From Octopus bimaculoides (taxonomy: Eukaryota): a stretch of DNA of 64,000 nucleotides. Shown one piece after another: positions 1 through 12,774 of the stretch. Below the pieces are notes generated by a model that was not told the origin of the DNA, did no database searches, and worked only from the letters and a program-made list of their open reading frames with translations. Positions within the stretch are counted from its first letter, which is position 1; the number at the start of each line of letters is the position of its first letter. The DNA lies in contig NC_068981.1 of assembly GCF_001194135.2 (NCBI RefSeq), positions 136,519,281 through 136,583,280 of the forward strand, in the 5' to 3' direction. The position numbers were made by a program, and so were the translations under genes.

Positions 1-7
1 ATATATA

Positions 8-39
<32 letters not shown>

Positions 40-109
40 CTTACTTGGAAATAAATGCATGGCGTTCAATCACATAATAATATAAATAAAAAAAAATATA
101 TATATATGC

Positions 110-500
110 ATAATTACATGCATATATGTACATACATATATATGTATATACATATGCATAAATGGATACAGGACGTCACAAAACGTAAACAACATAAAAT
201 ACGAAGATTATCAATGGGTATGTGAACAAAGAGAGAAACAAATGAAAAACAAGACAAGCAACATAAAGAAGGACACTTCATCAGTTGTTGGCTGTTCATC
301 TACTCCACATTTGGAGCAGTGGAGTAGATGAACAGCTGACAACTGATGAAGAGTTGTTCTTTATGTTACTTGTCTTGTTTTCTATTTGTTTCTCCTGTTG
401 TTCGTATACCCAAGTTTGCCTTTGTATTTCATGCTGTTTTCATATTTTGTGATGCCCTGTATCCATATATGCATATATATATACATGTATATGTAAATAT
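110..500. mobile_element. Long inverted repeat, probably Penelope-like inverted pseudo-LTR pair
   Basis: Arms 276-308 and 319-351 pair with two G-U wobbles around a 10-nt loop, and imperfect pairing continues into the flanking (TA)n. Contains CTGATGAAG. A single-arm relative lies at about 32215-32395. Confidence 0.55.
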
Positions 501-949
501 GTATACTTGGGAACTTGGGAGACATGTGACAGTAGTAAGCTTGATCTCATGGAAGCGATGACAAAAACCAACATGATTGGGTGACATGCAGTTCTTAAGA
601 AGCCCTGCCCATCTTGGTGAAATTGAGTCCCTGGTGTATGTGTGTGTGCGTGTGTATACGTGTATGTATGCATACACACATACATGTCACTCATGTTAGC
701 AACACATGAAAAGTACCCAGTACACTCTGTAAAATGGTTGGTGTTAGGAAGGGCATCCAGTCATAGAAACCACACCAAAACAGATAACTCAAGCCTGGTG
801 CAGCCTTCCAACTTGCCAGCTTCCGTCAAATCATCCAACCTATGCCAGCATGGACAACAGATGTTAAATAGTGATGATGATGATGGGTATCCTACCTAAT
901 CTCTTCCACAGATCATTCCCCTCCACTAATCATTTCTCGTACTCCAGCT

Positions 950-1500
950 CTCCTTTGATAACATTTTATGTTTCTAGTAACCTGGAACCGTTTCGTTTGT
1001 TGTACAAAGACTAGAAAGAAATGGGGCAAGCATGATCTCTGCTGGATGTGTAACTTTAGTGTATAAGAATGATGAGAAGCAAAAAAGAGGTAAGATAAAC
1101 ACTGAGTTACGTGAAGAATCAGATGCAATGAATAAGAGAGAAGACTGTAACAAAATGGACATATGATATAATTGGAGTATGACAGTTCAAATGTTAGACA
1201 CTTCGAGTGGAAGGAACTTGCAGAAGAAGGCCATAAAAAGACATGAGAAGAAGTGGTTAAAAATAATCACTGGAGATTGGACTTCAAAAAGGAAGTGACA
1301 AAGGACCACAGCAACTAACGAAGCTCTGGTGCTGTAGGACTTGTCCTTGGGAACGAAGTGGAAATACAAATCATGATGACAATAATGTAGTTCTAAGTGT
1401 CATTACTGTGGGTACATGCTTCTTGACCCTAAGTCAGTATTCATCTAGTAAGGCTTATGATCAAAGACGTTCTGGCCATTACCATCATGTCATATTTTTA
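950..1500 (+). mobile_element. Degraded non-LTR retrotransposon remnant, R4/Dong-like
   Basis: Broken frames give WLKIITGD...SSKCHYCG, resembling the WL..GDL...SKCRLCG CCHC region of restriction-like endonuclease LINEs. Confidence 0.4.
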
Positions 1501-2200
1501 AAACGAGTGCATCAGAGACTACATAATTCAATGGGGTCCTTCTCCTTCAATTTTTTTTCCTTCCAAAGACAGTAGAATGGAATTCGAGAGAAATTTAACA
1601 GGGTTGCATTTTAAGCTGGTCATGCAACCAGAAAATGGTTTCCTCTTTGGCTTGTGTAGCCCTGAGCACGTGCACGTGTGTGAGTGTGTCATTGATATTG
1701 GGTTTAAATACAGATACACAAGTTTATTGTAAAAGTATAGAGGGCTATTTCCACCCAAATACGTATGCACAGATTCCCCCACAATTCTGTGTGTTTCAAA
1801 GATTTCTATGGGAGGATGACAAGCTATTGTTTACTCCATACAGTCTCAACAGAATTTACATAATGATGTGTAAATATGTACATATATTTATTTAAATATA
1901 GATCTACGCCTTTGTGTGTGCATTCATGAGCATGTGAGAATATGTAAATGTGAGCATATTGTATGTGGTTATGTATGTGCATGAGAGAGAGAAAGAGATA
2001 ATGTTTATATTATCTTCATATGATCATCAGCATTATTCTAATGTCCACTTTTCCATGCTTGTATGAGTCAGATGAAATTCATTGTGGCAGATGTTTTATG
2101 GCTGAATGTGCTTACTTGTCACCTTCATTGATAATGGTTATATTGCAATTTGGCTAAGGCACAGATGTATAAAATATAATAAACTTATAATGGAAATATA

Positions 2201-2412
2201 AAGCAGTGAGCTGGCAGAATCATTAGCATGCTGGGCGAAATGCTTAGTGGCATTTCATTAGTCTTTACGTTCTGAGTTCAAATTTTGCTGAGGTCGACCT
2301 TGCCTTTCATCCTTTCAGGATCAACAAATTAAGTACCAGTGAACACTGGGGTCGATACAATTGACTAGTCCTCTTCCACCAAAATTTCAGGCCTTGTGCT
2401 TTAGTAGAAAGG

Positions 2413-2447
<35 letters not shown>

Positions 2448-2645
2448 CATCATCATCAACATGCTGGACAAAATGCTTAGCAGTATCTCGTTTGTCACTA
2501 CGTTCTGAGTTCAAATTCCGCTGAGGTCAACTTTGCTTTTCATCCCTTTGGGGTTGATAAAATAAGTACCAGTTGAACATTGGGGTTATTGTAATCAACT
2601 CATCCCTTCCCCCCAAATTGCTGCCCTTGTGGCAAAATTTGAAAC

Positions 2646-2678
<33 letters not shown>

Positions 2679-3173
2679 TGAGGTGGCAAGTTAGCAGAAT
2701 CATTAACATACTGAGCAAATGCTTAGCAGCATTTCGACCATCTTTACATTCAGAGTTCAAACTCTGCCAAGTTTGACTTTACCTTTCGTCCTTTTGGAGT
2801 TGATAAATTAAGAACTAGTTGAGTATTGGGGTTGATGTAATCGACTTACTCATTGTGCCAAAATTTCAGGCCTTGTGCCTGAAAGGATTATTATTATTAG
2901 ATTATTATTATAGAAAGGATTATTATTATTGTTATTATTATTATTATTATTAAGGTGGTGAGCTGGCAGAATCGTTAGCATTCCAGGTGAAATGCTTAGC
3001 AACACTTTGTCCATCTTTATGTTCTGAGTTCATATTCCACCAAGGTTGACTTTGCCTTCCATCCTTTTGGGAATCAATAAAATAAGTACCAGTTGTGTAC
3101 TGGGGTCGATGGAATCAACTTACCCCCTTCCCCCTGAAATAGCTGGCCTTGTGTCAAAATTCGAAATCAATAT
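2201..3173 (+). mobile_element. Head-to-tail array of four family-A SINEs separated by (ATT)n
   Basis: Repeated unit GAGCTGGCAGAA..GAGTTCAAATT..GCCTTTCATCCTTT..AAGTACCAGT..CAGGCCTTGTG, flanked by a 17-nt direct repeat at 2183-2199 and 3174-3190. Confidence 0.85.
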
Positions 3174-3304
3174 ACTTATAATGGAAATATCATTGTCATT
3201 GAATGTCCATCTTCATTGATGATGAGGGGAATGGAAGTGGCACTCAACATATCCTGTAGGAGTTACATATACTTTTTAATAAGTTTCACTTAACACCATA
3301 TGAT

Positions 3305-3528
3305 TTAACTTTTTAGCATTTAAACGGGCCCTATCTGGCCCAAATATGCTACCTGTTTTATGTTCAAACCAGCCAGATCCAGCCTATCACACCTAACCTA
3401 CAATGATGTTCTAAAAACACACTATCACAACATCAAAATTTTAAAGCTGCAAGATAATGCATGATTAATTAAAAACAATGTAAATAAAGATTACATTTGA
3501 CAGAAGAGTCTGAATGCTAAAGGGTTAA
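3305..3528 (+). mobile_element. piggyBac-like MITE (TTAA flanks, CCCTTTAGCATT-type TIR)
   Basis: TTAA at both ends, right TIR AATGCTAAAGGG. Relatives at 42924-43146, 45606-45833 and 61887-62535. Confidence 0.7.
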
Positions 3529-3644
3529 AGTTTCGTAGACATTTTCATCTCATCAGAAACCAGGAGATTTTTGATGAGATGAATGTTTCCTACACATCCA
3601 TGAAACTGTAAGTCATATGGAGCTGAGTTAAACTTATCAAAATA

Positions 3645-3945
3645 TATTCAAGCGAGATCGTTGCCAGTGCCACCGAACTGGCTCCTGTGCAGGTGGCACG
3701 TAAAATACACCATTTTGAGCGTGGCCATTGCCAGTACCACCTGAATGGCCTTCATGCCGGTGGCAAGTAAAAGCACCCACTTCACTCTCAGAGTGGTTGG
3801 CGTTAGGAAGGGCATCCAGCTGTAGAAACTCTGCCATATCAGATTGGAGCCTGGTGTAGCCATCTGGTTTCACCAGTCCTCAGTCAAATCGTCCAACCCA
3901 TGCTAGCATGGAAAGCGGACGTTAAACGACGATGACGACGATATG
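3645..3945 (+). mobile_element. Family-C repeat (RTE 3-prime region or derived SINE, GAT tail)
   Basis: Core GAGTGGTTGGCGTTAGGAAGGGCATCCAGCTGTAGAAA and tail AACCCATGCTAGCATGGAAAGCGGACGTTAAACGA(TGA)n. Confidence 0.85.
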
Positions 3946-4157
3946 TTTCCATTATAAGTGCAATACATTTTATAATTGCCCATTATAAACCCATTCAATG
4001 TATTTTATATACGACCATTATAAACATTTTATACATATTTATATATTCTATATAAATAAAGTCCATTTCATTTTTGCTGTATATTTCAGTAGGAAAGGAA
4101 ATTCAGTAATGTTTACCATTTCAGAATTTCTGCATAAGATCCTAAAATATCTCTCAC

Positions 4158-4260
4158 CTTGTCGCATCCCTGCAATCCAGGCTGGCTTGTCGATTTCCAC
4201 GTAGTCTACATAAGTTGTGATTTCAATTTCATTATTTTTCTTGTGTCGTATACCATATGT
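4158..4260 (-). CDS. GRASP: GRASP/tamalin-like PDZ exon (TYGIRHKKNNEIEITTYVDYVEIDKPAWIAGMRQG)
   Basis: 103 nt between acceptor cctcttttctAG and donor GTgag, in frame with exon 6130-5987. The joined GFTLQ-TYGIRH..TYV..V...PA..AGM..G resembles tamalin FEIQ-TYGLHH..TFV..V...PA..AGL.PG. I could not find the next exon in bases 1-4157. Confidence 0.9.
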
Positions 4261-4439
4261 CTAGAAAAGAGGTGATAGAAATAGTAAGCAGCTGATCACA
4301 TTTCATACATGTAGCTGGTGGGATTTTCTAAATGACATGCCTAAATGGAGAATTACCTTGAAGTCTTTTTTTAGTTGTGTGGCCTGCCAGATGATGAGCA
4401 ATGTCTCATGTGACTCGCTTCTTGATAAAGGTGGCCCAT

Positions 4440-4750
4440 AACTAACATCATCATCATTTAATGTGTGTTCTCCATGTTGGCATGGGTTGGATGGCTTGAC
4501 AGGAGCTGACAAAGGCCAGGGGCTGCACAGGTTCCTTAGTCTGTTTTAGATTGGTTTCTATAGTTGCATGCCCTTCCTAATGCCAGCCACTTTACCGATG
4601 CTTTTTACATGGCATCAGCAAAAGTGCTTTTTATGTGGCACCATCACTAGTGCTTTTTATGTGGCACCAGCAGTGCCTTTTATATGGCACCAGTATCAAT
4701 GCTTTTTATGTGACACTAGAAGCTGAGCTTTTCATGTGGCACCATCATGA
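4440..4750 (-). mobile_element. Older family-C copy with about six ~25-nt tandem subunits
   Basis: Reverse complement of the core and tail, with repeated GCTTTTTATGTGGCACCA. Confidence 0.75.
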
Positions 4751-5029
4751 GTCATTAAAGATTCAATTTACAGGTACAAGGATGGCTAATGTATAGAGAT
4801 GACTGATGCACAAATATGGCTAAGATGCAGGCAAAATTAAAGCACAGGGATTGCTAAAATGTGGACATAATTCTATGGTTAATAAGTTTGCTTTGCAACC
4901 AAATTGTTTCAGGTTTATACTCATTCTATGGTACAGAGGACAAATGCTTTCAATTACAGCCATGAGCTGACAAATGGCTTGTGAGCAAAATTGGTAGTCA
5001 CAAACTGTACAGAATCCTGTTATATCATC

Positions 5030-5810
5030 ATCATTGTCTTTCAACACCCATTCCCCAGGCTGTCATGGGTTGAATGGTTCAACAGGAGTTGGCAAATCAA
5101 GGGGCTGCACCAGGTACCAGTTATCTGTTCTGGCAGGGTTTCTATGACTGGATGCCCTTCCTAGTGCCAATCACTTTACAAAGTGAACTACTGGAATGGA
5201 TACTTTTATTTGGCACTGACATGGGGGGAACAGCACTGTCGAGCGTGTTCTTTGCCAGAGCAGCTGTCTAACTTCTGTGCTAGTGGCCTGTAAATAGCAC
5301 CATTAGAGCGTAATCGTTACCAGCGTTGCCTTCTAGCACTTGTGCTGGTAGCATGTTAGAAAATTATTCGAGCAAGGTCGTTGCCAGTGCCCCTGGACTG
5401 GCTCTTGTGTGGGTGGCACATAAAAAACACCTTTTTGAGAGAGGCCGTTGCCAGTACCGCCTGACTGGCCCTAGTGCTAGTGGCACATAAAAACACCCAC
5501 TACACTCTCGGAGTGGTTGGCGTTAGGAAGGGCATCCAGCTGTAGAAACTCTGCCAGATCAGATTGGAGCCTGGTGCAACCTTCTGGCTTGCCAGTCCTC
5601 AGTCAAATCGTCCAACCCATGCTAGCATGGAAAGCGCACGTTAAACGATGATGATGATGATGATGATGGGTGCTTTTGCATAGAATTAGCATGCATGCTT
5701 TATTACATAGTGCTGGCAGGAGTGCCTTTTATGTGCATCACACAGGTGCTTTTCACATGGTGTTGCAGAAGTGTTTTTTCATGACGCCAATACAGGTGCT
5801 TTTTGTGTCA
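5030..5810. mobile_element. Nested family-C: a plus-strand copy (about 5219-5670) inside an older minus-strand copy
   Basis: The minus copy (5030-5215) resumes with its short subunits at about 5668-5810 after the plus copy. Confidence 0.7.
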
Positions 5811-5986
5811 CACCTACATATAGATATATGTTGTTGCTTCAGATAGGAGCCCATGATGAGGTGCTTGAGCACTCTAATCCCATGATGCAATTTTAGAGAA
5901 ATCTAGTTAGTCTTTCTAGCAAGCTAAGCAATGACAAAAAGATTGTCTCGTTGGCTTATGCTGTGCATATATATGTATGTATTTAC

Positions 5987-6130
5987 CTGTAAGGTGAAGC
6001 CCCATGATGAATTTGTTCGTATTAACTTTATTGTCCTTCTCTTCTTGCTCTCTGTTGGGTCTGTGGTGATTGAGCGATCTCTCTCCAAATAGGTGAGATC
6101 TTCCCCTACAGATGACACTTTTGGTATCAC
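5987..6130 (-). CDS. GRASP: GRASP/tamalin-CYTIP-like PDZ scaffold, internal exon (VIPKVSS...RRTIKLIRTNSSWGFTLQ), start of PDZ domain
   Basis: 144 nt open frame between acceptor tttgtctttacAG and donor GTaaat, phase 0 at both ends. RRTIKL...WGFTLQ matches the RKVLTL...FGFEIQ PDZ start of tamalin/CYTIP. Confidence 0.88.
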
Positions 6131-7929
6131 CTGTAAAGACAAATGGGATAAGAGTTAAATTAGTGTCAACATGTCATATGTGGTGAGTATTAAAAATCTA
6201 ATTCAAAAATCTCATGTGAAGAATGTGAAGAAGAAATGACAACATTGGCTCAATGACTAATATTATCATCTTGGCAATTGTAGGAGACAACTGTAGCCAT
6301 GTTCCAGTCTTGTTAGACCTCTTCAGCAAAGCAATAAACTTACCAAAATAGTGATGAGAAAATTGCTAAACAAACACACAATATTGTACACATGTAGGCA
6401 TGAAACTTAAGCATAGTTAATAAAAACATTGCTGTGAGAAATCAGTAGTATGACAGAGTAGAGTATGTTTATATGCACATGTACCTGATTATACTGTCTT
6501 TTGTCACTATAAAAGAGTTGGTGATTAATGGAATTGCTAAAGAAACAAATAAAATTCCTTGTGATGTTTAGTAACATCCTTTTATTGTACTCTGTCTTGA
6601 AATCTTGCCGAGGTGGACTTTGACTTTTATTCTTCCAGGTTAATAAAATAAATATCAGGAAGTTGAGTTTTATTGATAATTGCCTCATTCACATTTGAAA
6701 CACTGATACCTGTGTCAGATTTTGCATTTCTAAACTGGAAACGGTAATAAAACCGGTTGAGTATATTCCGGTATGTTACTGCTACTTATTTCATTAAGGA
6801 ACCAGTGATTTAATATTGACCCTTTGGAACCCTAAAACTAGAGATGATGTTTTTTCACAAAAACAGATAATAAACAAAAGTAAAAAGAAAGAAAGAAGTC
6901 AGCTCTGAGGAACTAAACAACATCACCATCACATGATCCACTAGGGGGAGCCTGTACATGGTTGCTTGACAAGCTAGAAATAGCAGTCAAATAACAAAGT
7001 ACTTGAAAATCAATTTATAGTACCTTACTTGATAAGAGGACTAGCAGGTGCACCATAGCGTAATTCATAATGTGGTTACCTAGCAAACAACAAGCACATG
7101 GTTCAAATCCTGATAGCATGTTTACTTGTGTTTATAATGTCCTAGGCTGCAGTAATATTGTAATGTCTTTCACTCTTCTATTCCAAGCATCAAAAATAGT
7201 TATCATCATCATCAAATATCCATCTTTCATACTGAAAGGGTTGAAAGCTTCAACAGGATCCAACAAGGTGTATCAAACTCCAATATCTCTTTTGGCATGG
7301 TCACTACAGCCAGGTATCCTTCCTAATACCAGCCACTTTACAGAATGTACTGGGTGCTTTCTTCATAACAGCAACACTAGTAGGGGTCACCATGTAACTT
7401 GAGGGACTAAAAAGGAAACTCACACTCACCCCTAAATGAACAGAAGCATAATAGAGAGTGAGCCTGAGGCTATAAAAGAAGACACTTGTCCAAGGTGCTA
7501 TGCAGTGGGACTGAACCCGGAACCATGTGGCAGGGAAGCAAGCTTCTTACCACACAACTACACCTGTTTTGATGTCATAATAAAAGAGAGTGGGTGTTGA
7601 GAAGATAAAGTCAGACAGAGACACAATGACTGTTAAATGCTGTAGAGAAGATACATCGCTACTTTGATTTATATAAGGGTGGGTGGCAGTAACTGGGATG
7701 GAACTGGAAAGAGAGATAAAGATGGTGGTGATAAGATGTCAAAAAAACCCCTCAAGGTCCAAGAAGGTGAATAGAGGAGGGGTGAGGGAAAACAAATCAG
7801 GAATGGGAGGAGAGTGAGAGATGGTTAATGATGGGGGTATAGGTGAATGTAATGAACAGTAAACAAAAATGGAGATATGGATGACAGTTCATCTAAGTAA
7901 TAATTTCTTCATTTGTATTTTGTTATGAG

Positions 7930-8335
7930 AGCCTCCTAGAGAAACTTGGCAATGGAACAAGACAGTTGTTTTCAGGTCCTTGAAGCATGGAAAATAGATG
8001 TATTGATGAAGATGTTAGCGATGGAGATAATAATTTTAGAAAAACATAACAAAAATAGGAAAAGAATTTGAAGAAACAAATATAACGAAATATGTGAGAA
8101 AATGAACACAACATGGAAATGTAATTCCCCTCCAGGGACAATTCCATAAGTTACTAAATAAACCAAATTACAACACAACAGAATTACCAAAAGGAGGAAA
8201 GGAAGGCTGTGATAATTGGGTAAATATCTAAAGAAATAAAGATACATTGAGGTAAAGAAATAGTATGACCTTATTCTACAGACAGTCATAGAGAATGAAA
8301 ATGGTGTGATTCTCTGAGATAGGAAAATATATAGA
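7930..8335 (+). mobile_element. Degraded R4/Dong-like LINE fragment
   Basis: Broken frames give PLQGQFHK and TVIENENGVIL*D, similar to the PLHGQF and V.ENE..KILWD motifs. Confidence 0.45.
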
Positions 8336-8349
8336 AATTAGGAAATACT

Positions 8350-8885
8350 TTTACTTTTGCATAAACACATCAACGCCGGTTGTCAAGCAGTGGCGGGGGA
8401 CAAACACAAACATAAAGACACACACACACATAAATATATACATACATGTGTGTGTGTATATGTATATATATATATANNNNNNNNNNNNNNNNNNNNNNNN
8501 NNNNNNNNNNNTCACTCTCTGGGAGAGAGGCACAAGCACATACACAGTATACACACACGGCAGTAACTTCCGCCTACCAAATTCAATCACAAAGCTTCGG
8601 TCGGCTCGGAGCTATAGCAGAAGACACTTGCCCAAGGTGCCACGTGGTGGGACTGAACCCGAAACCATGTAGCTGGGAAGCAAGCTTCCTAACCACACAG
8701 CCATACTCGCACCTACATATATATATATATATATACAATGGGCTTCTTTCAGTTTCTGTCTACCAAATCCACTCACAAGGCTTTGGTCGACCCGAGGCTA
8801 TAGAAGAAGGTGGTATACAGTGGGACTGAACCCGGGGACCATGTAGCAGGGAAGCAAGCTTCTTACCACACAGCTGCACCTGTCC
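8350..8885 (-). mobile_element. Family-B tRNA-derived SINE with internal microsatellite/gap plus a second 5-prime module
   Basis: Reverse complement of GGCTGTGTGGTAAGAAGCTTGCTTCC..GGGTTCAGTCCCAC..CACCTTGGGCAAGTGTCTTC, present twice. Confidence 0.85.
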
Positions 8886-9330
8886 TGATTTCATAATAAA
8901 AGACTAGATTGTGAGGTGTTGTACATTTAAATTGTCTGATAACAATATTATCCAACAAACAATAACAATGTAGTAAAAGATATTGAATAAGTCATCAAAC
9001 ATGTAGGCCTGGAAATTGATACATCCGTAAAGTGGAATGTGAACGCGAGAACAGTTTTGGTAATAAGTATAGGTACGGTGGGAGCAGTGAAATAGGATGT
9101 AGAGAAGATGATGGCAAAGAACTGCTAGCTAAGATCTTCCATATGAGAAATTCTGAAGAAGGTAATGCTTGTAAATAGCAATATTCTATGGAAAATTATT
9201 TTCAAAAATTATTTTTTTTTAAATGAGATTTATAACTGCAAATTTATTTAGTATTGAATTTAAAGATCAGCTTTGACAGAACTCTAAATAGATGATGATG
9301 ATGATGATGATGATGATAATAAATAATAAT

Positions 9331-9540
9331 AATCCTTTCTATTACAGGTGCAAAGCATGAAATTTTTTGTGGAGAGGGGGCCAGTCAATTAGATCAATCC
9401 CAGTATGCAACTGGTACTTAATTTATTGACTCTGAAAGGATGAAAGGCAAAGTCAACCTTCGAGGAATTTGAACTGGAGACAGATGAAATACCACTAAGC
9501 ATTTCACCCAGCATGCTAACGATTCTGCCAGCTCACCACC
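9331..9540 (-). mobile_element. Family-A SINE
   Basis: Matches the 2201-3173 unit, flanked by (AAT)n. Confidence 0.85.
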
Positions 9541-9543
9541 TCC

Positions 9544-9605
<62 letters not shown>

Positions 9606-9609
<4 letters not shown>

Positions 9610-10168
9610 GCCCTGATGCAGTACCAGACAGTGGCTCTCATGACTTCTGATCTTGACTGATTGGAAGTGTTTTCACATACATTGTTTTGTCTTGGTATAA
9701 AAGATGGGCTACAGCAAATATTCTGCTCAATACCACAGATTTGTTTGTCAGTTGTTTGACCTTAACCACTTGAGCATGTCCCTCAGTGGCTGATGATATG
9801 TGCATCTCTGATCACGAGCAGGAGTAGTGTGAGGGCATCATCGCCATTTGTTGAGAGGAGTTCTTTGGGGTTTGAATAATTCACCTCTGGAAACATAGGT
9901 GTTTTGTTCATCACCCTTAAAGAACCCTTATTCAGGGACCTTTTTAAGTGGGATGGGCTACTCAACCCGAAGAAAAATTCTAACTGGGCCCCACCTGCAA
10001 GGTCATGCACTGTTAATCTTAATATCATATCACCATGTTGCACACATATGGTTATGATGCATGTGCCTGGTATACCCTTATCAGACAGGTAGTTGTGATG
10101 GATATACTGGGTTTTGTATATTTTACCTCAGTGTCACTTTGATGGCATGTGCTGTTCCCTTACTCAAT
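9606..10168 (-). mobile_element. Unclassified ~560-nt interspersed repeat (family D) embedded in (AAT)n
   Basis: A second copy in the opposite orientation at about 25760-26270 is also bounded by ATT/ATC repeats. Confidence 0.75.
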
Positions 10169-10173
10169 AATAA

Positions 10174-10686
10174 GGATCTTTTTTAAAACGGGGGCCACAT
10201 TTTTCATTAACGAAACACTTTGAAACTTGGAACACTGGTAGAATGTGTCATATAAAACATCTTTTTCTCTTAGTCTTCTTAAAAAAAAAAGAAATCCATA
10301 AATTATTCCATGTTAAAGTTGTCGTATTTCTGTAATTTCAACCAATCACTGACGTCCATTCAGCCGATATACATTAAGTGCCGACTACATAAACAAACGA
10401 TTCTGAAACAATTAACCCTAACCCTAACCCTAACCCTAGGGTTAGGGTTAGGGTTAGGGTTAGGGTTAAAGCAAATTTAAAATGAAAAAAGCAAATAAAA
10501 CGAAGGTATGGAGATTAAATACGCTTTACATCGCTTAGTGAGCCAAAGGAGTAAATGTAAACAACTGAATACTTGTCAGTGATTGGTTGAAATTATCGAA
10601 ATAAGACAATTTTTTACATGAAATAAATTCGAATACAAAAATATTTTTCTTAATGAAAAATGTGGTCCCCGTTTTAAAAAAGATCC
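10174..10686. mobile_element. Merlin-like MITE with central (TAACCC)4-TA-(GGGTTA)5 palindrome
   Basis: TIRs of about 37 nt starting GGATCT, 8-nt flanking repeat AATAATAA (ambiguous within a microsatellite), and inner inverted repeats 10334-10353 and 10575-10594. Confidence 0.7.
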
Positions 10687-10722
<36 letters not shown>

Positions 10723-11560
10723 TACAGATTTAGGTACAAGGTCAGCAATTTTGAGAGGGCGGAGGCTGAGTCAGTACCATTGAAACCTGTCCTAGATTGG
10801 TACTTTATTTCACCAACCCCAGAGGGATGAAAGGCAAAGTTGATGCCCGTGGGATTTGAACTGGAAATGTTGAGTCCAACAAAATAGTGTAAGGTATTTT
10901 GTCTAGTGCTAAGACCACAAAGTGAAGTTGATTATATCAATACAGGATTTGACAGGGTAATATTTCTCAACCCTAAAAAGATGAAGAGTAATGTTGACCA
11001 TCAGGGTTTGAGCTCTTAAGGATTGAAACTTGTCAGTTTTAATGTTATACCATCAACACCTTGGCCATTTCACTGCCATTGAATGTTTCTTGTTTTTACT
11101 CTTACTTTCATAAGTTTGTCCTAAACATCAGCACTTGTTTTTAGACTTCTAGTTAATCTTTGTTTCATACTTCTTTTCGTAAGCTCTCTAGTGACTCTGG
11201 CTGCTGAAGAAAAGCAAAAAAATTGGGAATGTGTCTCATATATGAATGTGTGGACACCAGAGAAATAAGCCCTGTGTATCATATGTGATACACATGACAG
11301 GCAAGGGGTTAAGGGGGTTAGCTAATTACATCAGCCCTAGTACTTCAATAACAACAACAATGATTTCCTAGTTATTACAGAAGAGCACAGACTTTAGTAG
11401 AACGGTGCAGTTGATTAGAGCCACCCAGTATTTCACTGGTATCTGTTCATTTTGTCAACACTAGAAGTGGGATGCAACAATAAAATAACAATGGCAGTAG
11501 CAACAACAACAACTATTGATAATAATAATAATAATAAAGATAATAATAATAATTTCTTAC

Positions 11561-11617
11561 ACATCCACACGGGCGGAGACGTTTACGTGGGAGAAAATTG
11601 TATGATGTGAAGCTCAT
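11561..11617 (-). CDS. Candidate first coding exon C (MSFTSYNFLPRKRLRPCGC)
   Basis: 19 codons. The ATG follows an in-frame TAG and the exon ends at a GTaaga donor in phase 0. About 500 nt of unique UTR-like sequence lies upstream (11618-12110). Confidence 0.45.
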
Positions 11618-12774
11618 GCCTATATCAAAGACATTTAACTATAAGCAAGTGGAATGAAATGGCTATTATAGGAGTGGAATGTGAGAGCAGTTTGTACAGT
11701 CAGTCCTCAAAGAATTCGTTTTGTGTTCTACAGCTGGCACTTGTTGAGACAAAAAAACAAAACAAAGAACTTAAAAGTAAGGCATGAGAAGTTTGTGAAG
11801 AGACTTGGAACAGCGTTACTGTAATTAATTGTTTTGAGGGCAACATTCGTTTGATTGGGTACAAAGTTTTCAGGTAGTGGGGCAAAATGTTGAAGTGGAC
11901 TGTAATCTTTTGATTCTTCTTTTGCCTGGAGCAAGATTGCCCTCTGGATAGTTCTGTTGTCATAATGGTTACAATGGAAGTGAAAATCAAAATAAACAAA
12001 TAAAGAGTAAGTCAAAGAAAACAAGAAAAAAACATGAAAACATCCTGGCGTCCTTGAAAAGAAAAGAAACGAAACCGAATGGCTGTCTGCCTGAAGTGGT
12101 TGACAATAACNNNNNNNNNNNNNNNNNNNNNNNNNNNNNNNNNNNNNNNNNNNNNNNNNNNNNNNNNNNNNGATGATGATGATGGTGATGATGATGATGA
12201 TGATAAGACTAACAACAACAAAAACGATGATAACAATAACGTAATGGCTGTCACAGAAATAACAAAAATCAACAATCAGAGCCTACAACAACAAATACGA
12301 AACTGTCACAATTACAGCTACGGTAACCAGGACAAGAAAAACAAGAATAACAATTATAAAACTATGGGACCCTCTACCTTTTCATTATATCAGCAGTCAG
12401 CTGACAGCTAAATATTTACAATAAGGGAGTTTTTGCCTACTAATTGTATGGATAATTTCAGTTAATTGAAGTTTGGGTTCTTTTTTTTTTTTTTTTTTTG
12501 TCGACTCACAATATTTTACATTTGTGAAGCTCTATCGTAAATTAATTACAGCTTTTAGCAACACTAATTATACAGATACAGAATCACATTCCCTAGCTAT
12601 AGATTGTCATGCTGTCGTTTTCATATGATTTCCTCACGCACGACACTTACAGTTCGTGAGTTCAAATCTGCACGGTGCTATGATTTTTCTCTCTCCAATG
12701 CCAAGAGAAATAATTAGTAATATTCTGCACTTACTCAGATTATCAGGGCCATCTTGGTAGCATTATAGGCCCCC

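Noticed and set aside
5280-5500. CRISPR-like spaced repeats
   Set aside because: These are tandem subunits of a eukaryotic retroelement with no unique spacers and no cas genes.
6344-6431. Possible cassette exon (good acceptor and GTAAGT donor, minus strand)
   Set aside because: It is 88 nt with stops in two frames, and the open frame ends in phase 2 and hits TGA in the next exon. At most it is a poison or non-coding exon.
11700-12024. Two overlapping minus-strand ORFs of about 100 aa
   Set aside because: Both stop before the 11560 donor. They are more simply read as 5-prime UTR of candidate exon C.
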